Origin: an uncultured delta proteobacterium | GTDB taxonomy: Bacteria > Myxococcota > Myxococcia > Myxococcales > Myxococcaceae | Reading direction: 5' to 3' | Assembly (NCBI GenBank): GCA_963771175.1 | Contig: CAVYSY010000024.1 | Location: 192,001-256,000 of the forward strand | Length of the DNA: 64,000 nucleotides | Shown: positions 1 to 11,578 of the stretch, piece after piece | How positions within the stretch are numbered: position 1 is the stretch's first letter | Layout of the letters: every line of letters begins with the position of its first letter | Made by a program: the position numbers and the translations under genes | Notes under the pieces: model-generated | Told to the model about the DNA's origin: nothing | The model's input: the letters and a program-made list of their open reading frames with translations, nothing else | Database searches by the model: none

Positions 1-896
1 CGTCCCGGGCGCAGCGCCAGCCCCACCGCCAGCATCGCCGCGGGGAAGCCCGCCAGCGGGTAGGCGAAGCGGTTGTGGAGCGCGAGCGAGAACTGCCGGA
101 ACTCCAGCCCCACCTCCTCGCGCACGACGATCTGCTCGCGAAGCACGGGCAACCGCATCTGCTCGGGCCGGCCGGGGCGGATGCGGAACGTCTCCGCGGA
201 GACGCCCAGGTCGTACTCGGCCTCCTCCAGCTCACGCACCGGGGACTTGCCGCCCTTCGTGAAGGAGCGCTCCACCACGCCGCTCAGCTTCCAGCGGGTG
301 CCCTCCACCGAGTGCATCGCCTTCGCGTCCAGGCGCCGCGCCAGCCGGAAGTCCGGGGTGACAGTGAGGATGGACACGTTGTCGAAGCCGTCCTGCGCGC
401 TGCCGCCTCGCAGGTAGAAGATGTTCTCGCCCCGGCGGAACCACTGCTTGGGCGAATGGTACAGGCCCCAGTCCCCCCAACGATTGAAGCGCTGGGTGGT
501 GATCTCCTCCACGCGCCGAGAGGCCGTTACGCTCACCCACTCGTCGAAGGCCACGAGCCCCACGCACGCGAGGCCCACGCACAGGGCCACCGGCAGGTAG
601 AGGGCCGAGGGCCCGAAGGTGAGCGACTGCATCGCCGTCACCTCGCCGCGCTTGCGCAGGGAGGACACCGCGGCCCCGGCCGCCAGCAGCAGCGCCGCCG
701 GCCCGAGCTGCTGCGTGACCACCAACGCCTTGTTGGCGTACAGCAGCATCACGTTCCAGACCCAGCCCTCGCCGGAGTAGTTCCGAGCCCGGTCCACGAA
801 GTCCACCACCAGGAAGATGGTGAGCACGGCGGCGAAGATGCCCACCGCGAACTGGACGTACGTGCGAGCCACGTAGCGGAAGAGCGTCCGGTTCAC
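1..896 (-). CDS. lptG: LPS export ABC permease LptG (YjgP/YjgQ family), 3' end beyond window start
   Basis: Read manually: GTG at 896 (GTGA overlap with the lptF stop) gives MNRTLFRYVARTYVQF..., GEVTAMQSLTFGP-type motif, multiple TM segments; directly follows the lptF paralogue. Confidence 0.8.
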   Translation of the reverse strand, partial: MNRTLFRYVARTYVQFAVGIFAAVLTIFLVVDFVDRARNYSGEGWVWNVMLLYANKALVVTQQLGPAALLLAAGAAVSSLRKRGEVTAMQSLTFGPSALYLPVALCVGLACVGLVAFDEWVSVTASRRVEEITTQRFNRWGDWGLYHSPKQWFRRGENIFYLRGGSAQDGFDNVSILTVTPDFRLARRLDAKAMHSVEGTRWKLSGVVERSFTKGGKSPVRELEEAEYDLGVSAETFRIRPGRPEQMRLPVLREQIVVREEVGLEFRQFSLALHNRFAYPLAGFPAAMLAVGLALRPG

Positions 897-2005
897 CGCA
901 CCGTCCCCGAGCGGCTGACGCGGTACATGGCCACGAGCCCCGCCGCGCAGAAGATGATGTTGGCGAGCTGGCCTGCCAGGAGCACCGGCATCTTCCCCTG
1001 CTGGCCCATCTGCTCGAAGAAGCGCATCAGCAGGTAGAAGAGCACGTAGCCGCCGAGCGTGAGGAGGTAGCCCCACGCGCGCCCGCCCTGCCGACGCCCG
1101 ATGGCCAGCGGCGTGCCCAGCAGCGCGAAGGACAGCGGCGCGAGCGCGTTCCCCAGCCGGTTGTGCAACGCCATCAGGAAGGAGCGGGGATCTCCCCCGG
1201 TGCGCTCGGCCTCTTCCGCGGCCTGCAGCAGCTCACTGGGAGTGAGCTCCTCCTTGGGCGAGCGGAAGCGGTTGCGCCGCCCCATGGAGCCCTCCACGCC
1301 CACGGCGATCTCCCCCGTCTGGAAGGTGACGACCGAGTAGTTCTCGGTGCCCCGGTTGGCCCGGTGCGCCTCGCCATCCCCGAGCACCAGCGTCAGCACC
1401 TGCCCGGCGACACTCGTGTTCACCCGGCCCTCGCGCGCGAGCATCAGCAGCGGCGCGGACCGCTCACGGTCGTCGTGGAGCAGCACGTTGGTCCACCCGC
1501 GATCCTCGCCGTCCACCTTCTCGGCGTAGAGCGTGAGGTTGGAGAGGTCCTCGTAGAAGACGCCGGACTTCACGTCGCCCACCACGTTCTTCTTGATGAT
1601 CTCCGCGACGAATTCCTTCACGCCGGTGAGGCCCCACGGCTCGACGGTGGAGGTGATCAACACCATCAACCCGGCGAGCACCGCGCCAATGGCCAGCGGC
1701 CCGGCGAGCAACTGCACCGGGCCGATGCCGAGCGCCTGCAGCGCGGTGAGCTCGCGGTCCTCCGCCAGCCGGCCCAGTCCCAGGAGGATGGCCAGGAGGA
1801 AGGCGATGGGCAGCGCCATCATCAGGAAGTGCGGCGCGAGGTAGCCGAGCAGCCGCCCGATGTCCCCCAGCGTCACGGCGGACCCGAGGAGCACGTCCGT
1901 GCCCCGCAGGAACTGCATGACGAAGAGCAGCAGGAAGAGGAACGCCACCCACACCCCGAGGGGGATGACCAGTTCCTTCAGCAGGTAGCGGGCGAGCAGC
2001 TTCAC
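893..2005 (-). CDS. lptF: LPS export ABC permease LptF (YjgP/YjgQ family)
   Basis: [11 protein letters not shown]..., 'GRLAEDRELTALQALGIG' family motif, about 6 TM helices; GTG start overlaps the purD stop. Confidence 0.85.
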   Translation of the reverse strand: MKLLARYLLKELVIPLGVWVAFLFLLLFVMQFLRGTDVLLGSAVTLGDIGRLLGYLAPHFLMMALPIAFLLAILLGLGRLAEDRELTALQALGIGPVQLLAGPLAIGAVLAGLMVLITSTVEPWGLTGVKEFVAEIIKKNVVGDVKSGVFYEDLSNLTLYAEKVDGEDRGWTNVLLHDDRERSAPLLMLAREGRVNTSVAGQVLTLVLGDGEAHRANRGTENYSVVTFQTGEIAVGVEGSMGRRNRFRSPKEELTPSELLQAAEEAERTGGDPRSFLMALHNRLGNALAPLSFALLGTPLAIGRRQGGRAWGYLLTLGGYVLFYLLMRFFEQMGQQGKMPVLLAGQLANIIFCAAGLVAMYRVSRSGTVR

Positions 2006-3270
2006 GGCGTCGTTGCTGGCGCCCGAAGTCCCTTGGCGCCGATGTCCCGGCGGAAGTGCATGCCCTCGAAGCGGATGCGGGCCGTGGCGGCGTACGCGGT
2101 GGAGCGGGCCTCCGCCAGGTCCGCCCCACGCGCGCATACGGTGAGCACCCGGCCACCGGCCGTGAGCCACTGGCCGCCCTTCTCCTCCACGCCCGCGACG
2201 AACACGGGGGCATCGGCCGGCACCGAGTCGACACCCTCGATGCGATCACCCTTCCGCGGCGCCTCCGGGTAGCCGTGGGCGGCGAGCACCACGCCCACCG
2301 AGGCCCCCGGATGCACCGCGAGCGGACGCGACTCCAGCCGGCCGCGCGCGCACGCATCCAGCAGCGGCAGCACGTCCTCCGCGAGCTGCATCATCAGCAC
2401 CTGCGTCTCGGGGTCCCCGAAACGCGCGTTGAACTCGAGCACCTTGGGGCCACCGCGCGTCAGCATCAGCCCCGCATACAGCGCACCCTTGAAGGGGATT
2501 CCCCGCCGCCGCAGCGTCGCCAGCGTCGGGGCGATCACCTGCTCGCCCACCGCGGAGAGCTGCTCCGGGGACAGGAACGGCGCCGGTGCGTACGCGCCCA
2601 TACCGCCGGTGTTGGGACCCGTGTCGCCCTCCCCCACCCGCTTGTGGTCCTGCGCCGGGGGGAGCAGCACGTAGCGCTCGCCGTCGCAGAGCGCGATGAC
2701 GGAGACCTCCTCGCCCTCGAGCAACTCCTCCAGCACCATCCGCTGGCCCGCCGTGCCCATGGCGCCCACCGCGCGCACGGCCTCGCGGGCCGCCTGCGCG
2801 TCCTGCGCCACGATGACGCCCTTGCCCGCGGCCAGCCCGTCCGCCTTGACGACGATGCGCCCCTGCGCCACCGCGTAGGCCTCGGCCTGGGCCACGTCGG
2901 TGAACACCTGGAAGCCGGCGGTGGGCACTCCCGCCTCGGCCATGATCTCCTTGGCGAAGGCCTTGGAGCCCTCGATGAGCGCGGCTCCGGCCACCGGGCC
3001 GAAACACGGGATGCCGGCCGCGACGAGCGCATCCGCCACACCCGCCACCAGCGGCGCCTCCGGGCCCACCACCACCAGATCCACCTGCTCCTGACGGGCA
3101 AGCGCCACCACCGCATCGGGCGCGTCCGCCTGGAGGGGGACGTTGGTGCCCACGCGGGCGGTGCCGGGATTGCCCGGGCCCACCAGCAGCTTCGTCAGCA
3201 GCGGGCTCTGGGCCAGCTTCCATGCGAGCGCGTGCTCTCGCGCGCCGGAACCGAGGAGAAGGACCTTCAC
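2002..3270 (-). CDS. purD: Phosphoribosylamine--glycine ligase
   Basis: [61 protein letters not shown] motifs. Confidence 0.97.
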   Translation of the reverse strand: MKVLLLGSGAREHALAWKLAQSPLLTKLLVGPGNPGTARVGTNVPLQADAPDAVVALARQEQVDLVVVGPEAPLVAGVADALVAAGIPCFGPVAGAALIEGSKAFAKEIMAEAGVPTAGFQVFTDVAQAEAYAVAQGRIVVKADGLAAGKGVIVAQDAQAAREAVRAVGAMGTAGQRMVLEELLEGEEVSVIALCDGERYVLLPPAQDHKRVGEGDTGPNTGGMGAYAPAPFLSPEQLSAVGEQVIAPTLATLRRRGIPFKGALYAGLMLTRGGPKVLEFNARFGDPETQVLMMQLAEDVLPLLDACARGRLESRPLAVHPGASVGVVLAAHGYPEAPRKGDRIEGVDSVPADAPVFVAGVEEKGGQWLTAGGRVLTVCARGADLAEARSTAYAATARIRFEGMHFRRDIGAKGLRAPATTP

Positions 3271-3271
3271 G

Positions 3272-6200
3272 TCAACCTCGTTTGTCGAGCATGTAGAGAA
3301 CGCGCTTGGCGGGCAGGTACGAGGGATCGATCCCCAGCAGCCGGACCAGTCGCGAACGGACCGAGTCGCGGCTGGTGGCCGCCTCCAGCTCGGCCAGCTT
3401 CACCTCCGCCGCGTACAGCTTCGGAGCGAGCGTCACCGCCTCGCGGAAGGCCTTCTTGGCCGGCTCCACCTGCTTGGACTCCACCAGCACGAGCCCCTGG
3501 GCGAGGTGGGCGATAGCCACCTGGCGCCCGCCCGCGACCGCGCGACCGGCATGCCCCTTCGCCGCGTTCAGGTCCTTGCGACCGCCCAGCAGGCCCAGCG
3601 AGATGAACGCCCGGTAGGCGAACGCGGGAGCGTTGTTGGAGTCCACCTCGTTCACCTGCTTCAGCATCTTCTCGGCCGCGGCGACATTGCCCTGGTGGAA
3701 GCGCAGGAGCCCCTCGTAGAGGTGGGGCAGGATGTCGTCGTCGCCCCGGGCGATCCCCACGATGGAGCCCTCGAGCCCATCGAGCAGATCTCCCGGCTGC
3801 AGGTAGAAGGACGTGACGACCGGCCTCGGAGCCAGTCGCAGCGGATCCGCCTGGAGCACCTGGGCGAGCACACGGAAGGACTCGTCCCGACGCCCGTCCT
3901 GGGCGGCGGCCACTCCGGCCAGCAGCAGCGCGTCCGCGCGACGAGGGTCCGTCCGCGCGACTTCCATGAAGCGCTCGATCGCCTCGGTGGGCTTGCGCTC
4001 CAGCAGTCGCAACCGGCCCTCGAGCAGCTTCTCCAGCTCCGGCTCCTCGAGTTGACCCCGCAAGGAGGCAAGATGGCCGGCCGCCGCCGCGGCATCCTTG
4101 CGTGCCAGCGCCACCAGGAAGAGCTGGAGCTGCGCGGCCGGGTTGTCCTTCACCAGTTCCAGGGATTCGCGAGCCGCCTTGGCCGCCGCGTCCAGGTTGT
4201 TGGCCGAGCGCTCCGCGGCCGCCAGGTGCAGCAGCAGCTCCGCCACCTCGCGATCCTCATACTTCTCGCGGTTGCGCAGCATCCCGCGCAAGGCCCCCAG
4301 CGCACCGGGCAGTCCGCCTTCCACCTGGTAGCGCAGCACCGCGAGCGACAGGAGCGTCTGGAAGTCCCCCGGCGTGCTCTTGAGACGCGTCTCGTAGAGT
4401 TGGCGCGCCCGCTCCACTTCCCCCACCTCCAGGAAGATGCGGGCGAGGGTGATGCGGGTCTCCCAGTGATCGGCATCCTGCGTGAGCCGCTTCTCCAGGC
4501 GGTCGATCGCCAGCGAGAAGTCGCCCGCCGTCTCATCGGCCAGCGCGCGGTAGTAGTGGACGCGCTGGAGGTCCGGCGCGAGCGCCAGCGCCGAGTCGAA
4601 GTGCTGGTTGGCCAGCTCGCGCGAGGACGTCAGGAAGACGCGACCCAGCACCAGGTGGGCCTCGGCCTTGGGCGCCGTGGCATCCTTGGGACTGGCCAGC
4701 ACCTCCTCGGCGAGCTTGCGCGCCTGCTCCACGTTCTCCGACTGACGCGAACGGGCGAGCAGGAGGTTGGCATGGGCCGCCAGCAGCTCCGCGCCCCGGC
4801 TGGACCGACTCTCGGCGGCCTCGATGAGGGAGCGCGCCTCCTGGAAGGTCGCATCGTCCATCCGCGCACCGTGACCCAGCGCGAGCGCCTGGACATAGCC
4901 GCCGATGGCCGCATCGCTCTTCGGATCCAGCAACAGCGCCCGCTGGAAGGACTCGGCCGCCTGTGCGTAGGACAGACGCTGGTCCTTGACGAGCAGCGAC
5001 TGCCCCTCGGCGAGGAGCTGCTTGCTGTCACCGCTGCCAGCATCCACGAACATGAGCTGCCAGCGTGGCAGCACCGCTTCCACCGCGGGAGGCAACGTGA
5101 CGGTCGTGGGATGATCCGACGGGGTCTCGGTCTCCCCGCCTCCGCCCACCAGCGCCTTCACCTGGGGAACGAAGACGTACGCGGACCCAGCGACACCGAC
5201 CACCAGCAGGAGAACCACGGCGCCCACCAGCGCGCCTCGACCCCGCCCGCTGGAGGCGGACACGGCCACTCCCGTCATGGCGGGGGAGCGCTGTCCCGTG
5301 GGACGGACAGCACTGCGAGGCTCGGCCGCCAGTGAGGGCGGAGCCCCGGCGGAGCGTCCACCGCTGTCCGGCTCGGGCGGCAGCGACGCGTTCCCCGACG
5401 CCCCATTGCCCATGGGAGGCAGGTCGAGGATCTCCACGGACCTGGCCGCGGGCGGGGGCGAGGAGGACGGCTTCGCACGCTGTCGGCAGTCCTCGCACGC
5501 ACCGAGCGCCTGATCGAACGGATCCACCAACGACTTGCCGCACTCACGGCACGCCTTCGGCGCGGCGTCGAACGAGGGGGCCGCGGGAGCAGGAGTCGAA
5601 GCCTTGACGGGAGCCGAAACGGGCGCCTGTTGCGGCTGCGAGGTCGGCGCTCCGAAGAAGTCGAGGAGCGGATCGCCCTCGGGAGCCGCCGCGACCGGGG
5701 CCGCCGACTGGGGCGGCGCATTGAAACCCGGAGGCGAGTTGAAGTCGAACAGCCCGTCGTCCGCTGGCTCCGGGATCGCCGCGACAGCCGGCTTCGGCTG
5801 AGGCGCGGGAGCCGCCGGCTTCATCTGCACCGGAGGCGCGGCCGGCTTCGGCTGAGGCGCGGGAGCCGCCGACTGAGGCGGCATGCTGAACCCGGGAGGT
5901 GCGTTGAAGTCGAACAGCCCGTCGTCCGCTGGCTCCGGGATCGCCGCGGCAGCCGGCCTGGCCTGCACGGGCGACGCGGCCGGCTTCGGCTGAGGCACGG
6001 GAGCCGCCGGCTGGGGTGGCGCATCGAACCCCGGAGGCGAGTTGAAGTCGAACAGCGCATCGTCCGACGGCTCCGGGAAGGCGGGGGCCGCGGGTTTGGG
6101 TTGCACTGGCGCGGCGGGCTTCGCCTGCACCGGCTTGGGCGCGGGCGGAGCGATGTCGTCGAACAGCAGATCGCCCGACGGAATCGAGTACCCCGGCGTG

Positions 6201-6733
6201 GCCGGCCTGTCCTGGGCCGGATCGGACGCGGAGAGGTCGATGTTGTCGAACAGCGGATCGCCCGCTGGCCCCGAGGAGATCGGGTTGGACGGAGACGACT
6301 GGGTGAGCTCCGCGAGATCGCCGAACAGCGAGTCCTTCGACAGAGCCGGAGAGGCCGCGGCCGGAGCCTTGCCGATCGCGGCGAGGTCTCCCATCAGCGA
6401 GTCGGACTCGGCCGCATCGGCATCCGGCGCCGGCTCCATGTCTCCGAGGTCCCCGAAGAGCGAGTCGGACAGGGTGCCCGACGGAGTCGTCGGAGCCGAA
6501 GCTGGCTTCGCCGCCGCCGCGGGCTTCGCGACAGCGGGCTTCGGCGCGGCCGCGGGCTTCGGCGCCGGAGCCGTGGCAACAGGAGCGGGAGCACCCGGTT
6601 GGGCGGGAGCGTCCTCCCGCTTCACCAACTGCAAATGGCGGCAGCGCGGGCACTGCGCGCGCACACCCTTGGGCGTGATGACCCGATCATCGATGGCGTA
6701 GGCCGCCGCACACTTTTGACAGACGATCCGCAT
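3272..6733 (-). CDS. MJ0042-type zinc-ribbon / Pro-Ala linker / TM / TPR-repeat protein
   Basis: N-terminal CQKC..CPRC Zn ribbon, second CREC..CEDC cluster, one TM segment, long TPR-like C-terminal half; lies between purH and purD. Confidence 0.8.
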   Translation of the reverse strand: MRIVCQKCAAAYAIDDRVITPKGVRAQCPRCRHLQLVKREDAPAQPGAPAPVATAPAPKPAAAPKPAVAKPAAAAKPASAPTTPSGTLSDSLFGDLGDMEPAPDADAAESDSLMGDLAAIGKAPAAASPALSKDSLFGDLAELTQSSPSNPISSGPAGDPLFDNIDLSASDPAQDRPATPGYSIPSGDLLFDDIAPPAPKPVQAKPAAPVQPKPAAPAFPEPSDDALFDFNSPPGFDAPPQPAAPVPQPKPAASPVQARPAAAAIPEPADDGLFDFNAPPGFSMPPQSAAPAPQPKPAAPPVQMKPAAPAPQPKPAVAAIPEPADDGLFDFNSPPGFNAPPQSAAPVAAAPEGDPLLDFFGAPTSQPQQAPVSAPVKASTPAPAAPSFDAAPKACRECGKSLVDPFDQALGACEDCRQRAKPSSSPPPAARSVEILDLPPMGNGASGNASLPPEPDSGGRSAGAPPSLAAEPRSAVRPTGQRSPAMTGVAVSASSGRGRGALVGAVVLLLVVGVAGSAYVFVPQVKALVGGGGETETPSDHPTTVTLPPAVEAVLPRWQLMFVDAGSGDSKQLLAEGQSLLVKDQRLSYAQAAESFQRALLLDPKSDAAIGGYVQALALGHGARMDDATFQEARSLIEAAESRSSRGAELLAAHANLLLARSRQSENVEQARKLAEEVLASPKDATAPKAEAHLVLGRVFLTSSRELANQHFDSALALAPDLQRVHYYRALADETAGDFSLAIDRLEKRLTQDADHWETRITLARIFLEVGEVERARQLYETRLKSTPGDFQTLLSLAVLRYQVEGGLPGALGALRGMLRNREKYEDREVAELLLHLAAAERSANNLDAAAKAARESLELVKDNPAAQLQLFLVALARKDAAAAAGHLASLRGQLEEPELEKLLEGRLRLLERKPTEAIERFMEVARTDPRRADALLLAGVAAAQDGRRDESFRVLAQVLQADPLRLAPRPVVTSFYLQPGDLLDGLEGSIVGIARGDDDILPHLYEGLLRFHQGNVAAAEKMLKQVNEVDSNNAPAFAYRAFISLGLLGGRKDLNAAKGHAGRAVAGGRQVAIAHLAQGLVLVESKQVEPAKKAFREAVTLAPKLYAAEVKLAELEAATSRDSVRSRLVRLLGIDPSYLPAKRVLYMLDKRG
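5695..6080 (-). repeat. Three imperfect intragenic repeats encoding PEP(A/S)DD(G/A)LFDFN(S/A)PPGF
   Basis: gttgaagtcgaacagc recurs near 5738, 5903 and 6041 with near-identical flanks. Confidence 0.85.
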
Positions 6734-6736
6734 GGT

Positions 6737-8281
6737 TCAGTGCCGGAAGTGTCGCACTCCGGTCACCACCATTGCCATTCCATGTTCATCGGCGGCGGCG
6801 ACGACCTCTGAGTCGCGGACCGAGCCGCCAGGCTGGATGACGCAGGTGGCCCCTGCCCGAGCGGCCTCATCGAGCCCATCCCTGAAGGGGAAGAAGGCGT
6901 CCGAGGCCACGGCACTCCCCTTGAGGGCTTCGCCTCCACGTGCAGCGGCAATTTTCACCGAATCCACACGGCTCGTCTGGCCGCCACCCGCGGCCAGGAG
7001 CTCGGAGCTATTGGCGAAGACGATGGCGTTGCTCTTCACGTGCTTGCACACCCGCCAGGCGAAGCGCAGGGCCCGCTCCTCGTCGGGTGTGGGGGCGCGC
7101 TTGCTGACGACCTTCCACTCGAGCGGGGGCTCGACCGCATCCTTGTCCTGCAGCACCAGGCCGCCGGACACGCTGCGGGCCTCCAGCTGGGCGCGGGGAC
7201 GGGCCTGGGGCGAGGCCAACGCGGAGCCGGCCTCCAGCAGGCGCAGGTTCTTCTTGGCCGACAGCACCTGCAGGGCCTCGGCCGAGTAGGACGGGGCGAT
7301 GACCGCTTCGAGGAACGTCTCGGCGAGCGCCTCGGCGCAGGTGCGGTCCACCTCGCGGTTGAGCGCCACGATGCCACCGAAGGCGGACACCTCGTCGATC
7401 GCGCGCGCGGTGCGGTAGGCCGTGGTCAGCGACGTGTCCACCGACACGCCGCAGGGCGTGTTGTGCTTGATGATGACCGCGCAGGGCTGCTCGGGGAACT
7501 CCAGCACCAGACCGAGCGCCGCATCCAGGTCCAGGATGTTGTTGTAGGAGAGCTCCTTGCCCTGGAGGATGCGGGAGAAGGCCACGGTGGGCTCCGCGGG
7601 CGCGGCGTGCTCGCGGTAGAAGGCGCCGCGCTGGTGCGGGTTCTCGCCGTAGCGCAGGTTCTGCACCTTCTGGAACGCGAGCGTCTGCTCGTGGGGGAAC
7701 GGCTCCCCGGCCTGGGTCGACAGCCAGCTCGCGATGGAGGCGTCATAGGCCGCGGTGTGCGCGAAGGCCTTGCGCATCAGCCGCCGGCGCGTCTCCTCGC
7801 TCGTGGCGCGGGACTTCTCCATCTCGGCGAGCACGGCCTCGTAGTCGTCGGGGTCCACCACCACCGTCACGTGGCGGAAGTTCTTCGCCGAGGCGCGCAC
7901 CATGGCCGGCCCGCCGATGTCGATCTGCTCGATGACATCTGCCTCGGCGGCCCCGGAGGCGACCGTCTGCCGGAAGGGGTAGAGGTTGACGGCCACCAGG
8001 GAGATGGGCGCGATGCCTTGGGAGGCCATCTCCGCCTTGTCGCTCTCCACGTCCAGACGGCCGAGGATGCCGCCATGGATGCGTGGGTGGAGCGTCTTCA
8101 CCCGGCCACCGAGGATCTCCGGACTCTGGGTGTGCTCGGAGACCTTCTTCGCGGGGATACCCGCGGCTTGGAGCGCTGCGAGGGTGCCTCCGGTGGAGAG
8201 CAGCTCGAAGCCGAGCCGGACGAGTCCTTGAGCGAAGGGGACCAGACCGCGTTTATCGGAAACGCTGAGGAGAGCCAGCAC
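6737..8281 (-). CDS. purH: Bifunctional AICAR transformylase/IMP cyclohydrolase
   Basis: [58 protein letters not shown]; start could instead be 8326. Confidence 0.97.
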   Translation of the reverse strand: MLALLSVSDKRGLVPFAQGLVRLGFELLSTGGTLAALQAAGIPAKKVSEHTQSPEILGGRVKTLHPRIHGGILGRLDVESDKAEMASQGIAPISLVAVNLYPFRQTVASGAAEADVIEQIDIGGPAMVRASAKNFRHVTVVVDPDDYEAVLAEMEKSRATSEETRRRLMRKAFAHTAAYDASIASWLSTQAGEPFPHEQTLAFQKVQNLRYGENPHQRGAFYREHAAPAEPTVAFSRILQGKELSYNNILDLDAALGLVLEFPEQPCAVIIKHNTPCGVSVDTSLTTAYRTARAIDEVSAFGGIVALNREVDRTCAEALAETFLEAVIAPSYSAEALQVLSAKKNLRLLEAGSALASPQARPRAQLEARSVSGGLVLQDKDAVEPPLEWKVVSKRAPTPDEERALRFAWRVCKHVKSNAIVFANSSELLAAGGGQTSRVDSVKIAAARGGEALKGSAVASDAFFPFRDGLDEAARAGATCVIQPGGSVRDSEVVAAADEHGMAMVVTGVRHFRH

Positions 8282-8389
8282 GGGTATGCACGCCTCTGTC
8301 TGTAGGAGAGGCGGCCCGTCTAGCAACCACCCCTCTGGGTGTCAACGAAGCGTGCGACCCGTGTCCATCAATGGTTCCGCGCCCGATTT

Positions 8390-8884
<495 letters not shown>

Positions 8885-8937
8885 GTCCTGTCCCCTCCAA
8901 CGATATTTCCACTCTACCCGTTCCCCTCCCCCCCAGC

Positions 8938-9462
8938 CTATTGCGAATGGAGCTTTTCGTCTCGGCGCGCGGTGACCGCGCTCCCCAACCGGGCCACGTC
9001 CCGGACCAGATCCTGGGCCCTGCTCCTCAACGTGACCAACTCCTCCTCCAATGTGCGCCGGTACTCCGCACCGAAGGCTCGCTCCCCCAGTTGATCCTGA
9101 AAACCCTCGAACACCTCGGAGAGATCCCGCTCGAGCTGATCGATGTGATTCTTATGGAACAAGAATGAGCGCTTGATGTCCTCCAGGGTGTGACCTTCCG
9201 CCATCATCTTTTTGATGGCGTTGATCCGCCGCACCGCTTCCACCGGATACAGCCCCCGGCTTCCCTGGTGCTTCCCCTTGCGCCCCACTCGGCGGCTGCG
9301 AGGTAGCAGTCCTACCTGCACATACTTGCGGAACGTCGCCTCGGAGAGCTGAACGCCGCGCGGACGGAAGATCTCGACGATCTCCCTCGCGGGCAGGCCA
9401 CCGGCGAAGTCGCGTTCGATGCGCTCGAGCTCCTCGGGTTCCAGCAACCGCGTCCCTTCCAT
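8938..9462 (-). CDS. MerR-like HTH transcriptional regulator
   Basis: [15 protein letters not shown]...[29 protein letters not shown]-terminal coiled coil. Confidence 0.75.
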   Translation of the reverse strand: MEGTRLLEPEELERIERDFAGGLPAREIVEIFRPRGVQLSEATFRKYVQVGLLPRSRRVGRKGKHQGSRGLYPVEAVRRINAIKKMMAEGHTLEDIKRSFLFHKNHIDQLERDLSEVFEGFQDQLGERAFGAEYRRTLEEELVTLRSRAQDLVRDVARLGSAVTARRDEKLHSQ

Positions 9463-9638
9463 TGAATATACGCTACTGAATGGGCGCCCTTGAATGCCAG
9501 AAAGCTCGCGAAGGTGTCAAGAAGAGCCTGTAGCGGCCTGTAGCGGTGGGCGCACGAAGGCCGGGCGCTGCGGGCGGGCCGAGGCGCGACGCGGGGTTAC
9601 GGGAGCTGGCGAAGGACGGCCGACGTCGGCGACATCAA

Positions 9639-11561
9639 CTAGCGCTTGCGCGCGTCGAAGCTCTTCGTCACCGAGCCGTTGGGCGTGATGGAGACATCGA
9701 AGGTCTTGGAAGCGCCCGAGGGGGGCTGGAAGGTGACCTTGTAGGTGCCCGGCGGGAGCGAGTACCTGGAGGTCCCCTGCACTTCCCGGGGCTTCTGGCC
9801 CGTGACGAGGACGGTGGCGTAGGGCCTGGCGACCACGACGAGGGTCCCCTTGGCCTCGACGGGCGCGGCCTGCGCCACGACACCGGCATCGGCCACCTCC
9901 GTGGGGGCGGGCCCGGCATCAGGCGGCGTGGGCACCGCGACCTTCACTTCGGACGGAGCAGCGGTCCCCGTCGGAGGAGCCGCGAGGGGCTCGGCGGGCC
10001 TGGCGGTCGCCGGGCTCGGCGCCCCCGAGCTCGTCGACGAGGAAGCACCCTGCACGGCGGAAGGGGTCGTGGGAGCCGGGTCCTTCGACGGCAGCACCAG
10101 GGCCGTCGCTCCACCGATGAGGACCAGGGCCACCACGCCCACGCCCACCCAGAGGCCCTTGCCCCTCCCCTTCGCTCCGGCGGTCTCCTGCGCGGAGGTG
10201 ACCGCGGGCATCACCTGGGCCACCCGCACGGGGGCGACGGGCTTCGACGCGCGCCCCTTCCCCTCGGGGCTGGCCACCGGACACCGGGCGTGAATCCCTG
10301 GCGTCCGGGACCGAGGGCATCGGAATCGTGGGGCGCTCGGGAAGGTCGGACGGAGCGGACCGCGTCTCTCCTTCCCCCTCCAGGTCACGAGGCAGCACCA
10401 TGGTGGACGCGGAGACCAGGGACTCCTCGGGCGAAGCGGTGCGCACCGACTTGTTGCGCTCCGAGGACGAGCCGGTGTTGCGCGGCAGCACCGCGGTGGG
10501 CTCGCGGGTGGAAGAAGGCGCGGGCGACTCCCCCGTGCGGCTCCGGGCGCGTGTTCCCGAGCCCGTCACGGGCGTGCTGCCGGAGCGGCTCCGCTGCGGG
10601 CGATCCATCAGCGCGGCCGGAGTCGGGATGAACTGGGTGAGGGGCGCGTCGAGCAGCCGCCGCACGAAGGTGGCCACGTCCGTGTCGTCCACGCTCCTCG
10701 CGTTGCGCAGCACGCACTGGGCGAGCGCGCGCTCCAGCTCGCCGGCGGTCTGGAAGCGCGCCTCCGGGTCGCGCTCGAGCGCGATGGCACCACCTCGTCC
10801 AGGTCCTGCGGCACGTCCGGGTTGAGGCGGGCCGGCGAGGCGATGACGCTCTCCTGCACCGCGCGCAGCACGGCGATGTCCGAGTCACCGTCGAAGAGCC
10901 GGCCGCCGGTGAGCATCTCCCAGAGCACGATGCCGAGCGCGAAGACGTCGGTGCGCGCGTCCACCTCCTCGCCGCGCGCCTGCTCCGGGGACATGTACGC
11001 GAACTTGCCCTTGAGCATGCCCGACTGGGTGGCTGGTCGCCGCCTTGGCGATGCCGAAGTCGGTGAGCTTCACCGCGCCGTCGAGCGACAGCAGCACGTT
11101 GTGCGGGGTGACGTCGCGGTGCACCAGGCCCAGCAGCTCGCCGTCCGCGGACTGAGCCGGTGCGCGTAGTGCAGCCCGCGCGCCACCTGCGCGCCGATGT
11201 GCGCCACCAGCGTCGGAGGCACCGCCACGCCCTTCTCCCGGCAGCGCTTGCGCAGATCCCACAGCGAGCAGCCGCGCACGTACTCCATCGCCAGGTAGTA
11301 CGAGTCGTCGTGCTTGTCGAAGTCGAAGATCTGCACCACGTTGGCGTGGTTGAGCCGCGAGGCCAGCCGCGCCTCCGCGATGAACATCTGCACGAAGCCC
11401 TGGTCATCCGCGAGGAACGCGCGCACCCGCTTGATGACGACTTCCTTCTCGAAGCCCTCGGGGCCCATCGCGGTGGCCAGGTAGATCTCGGCCATGCCGC
11501 CTTCGGCGAGCTTGCGCTTGACGACGTACTTGCCGATCGGTGTGCCTGCTTCGATTGTCAC
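9639..11561 (-). CDS. Membrane Ser/Thr protein kinase with C-terminal PEGA-like domain (several frameshifts)
   Basis: [36 protein letters not shown] spread over ORFs 11070-11561, 10885-11262, 10608-11018, 9919-10713 and 9639-10388. Confidence 0.85.
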
Positions 11562-11578
11562 GGCGGAGATCCAAGGGT

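Noticed and set aside
3143..5335. Long antisense or alternate-frame ORFs (also 11676-14186, 27845-30040, 36071-38236, 45622-47613)
   Set aside because: Shadow ORFs expected in high-GC DNA, opposite well-supported genes
5695..6080. CRISPR-like repeat array
   Set aside because: Repeats are in-frame coding duplications with related spacers of uneven length; no cas genes
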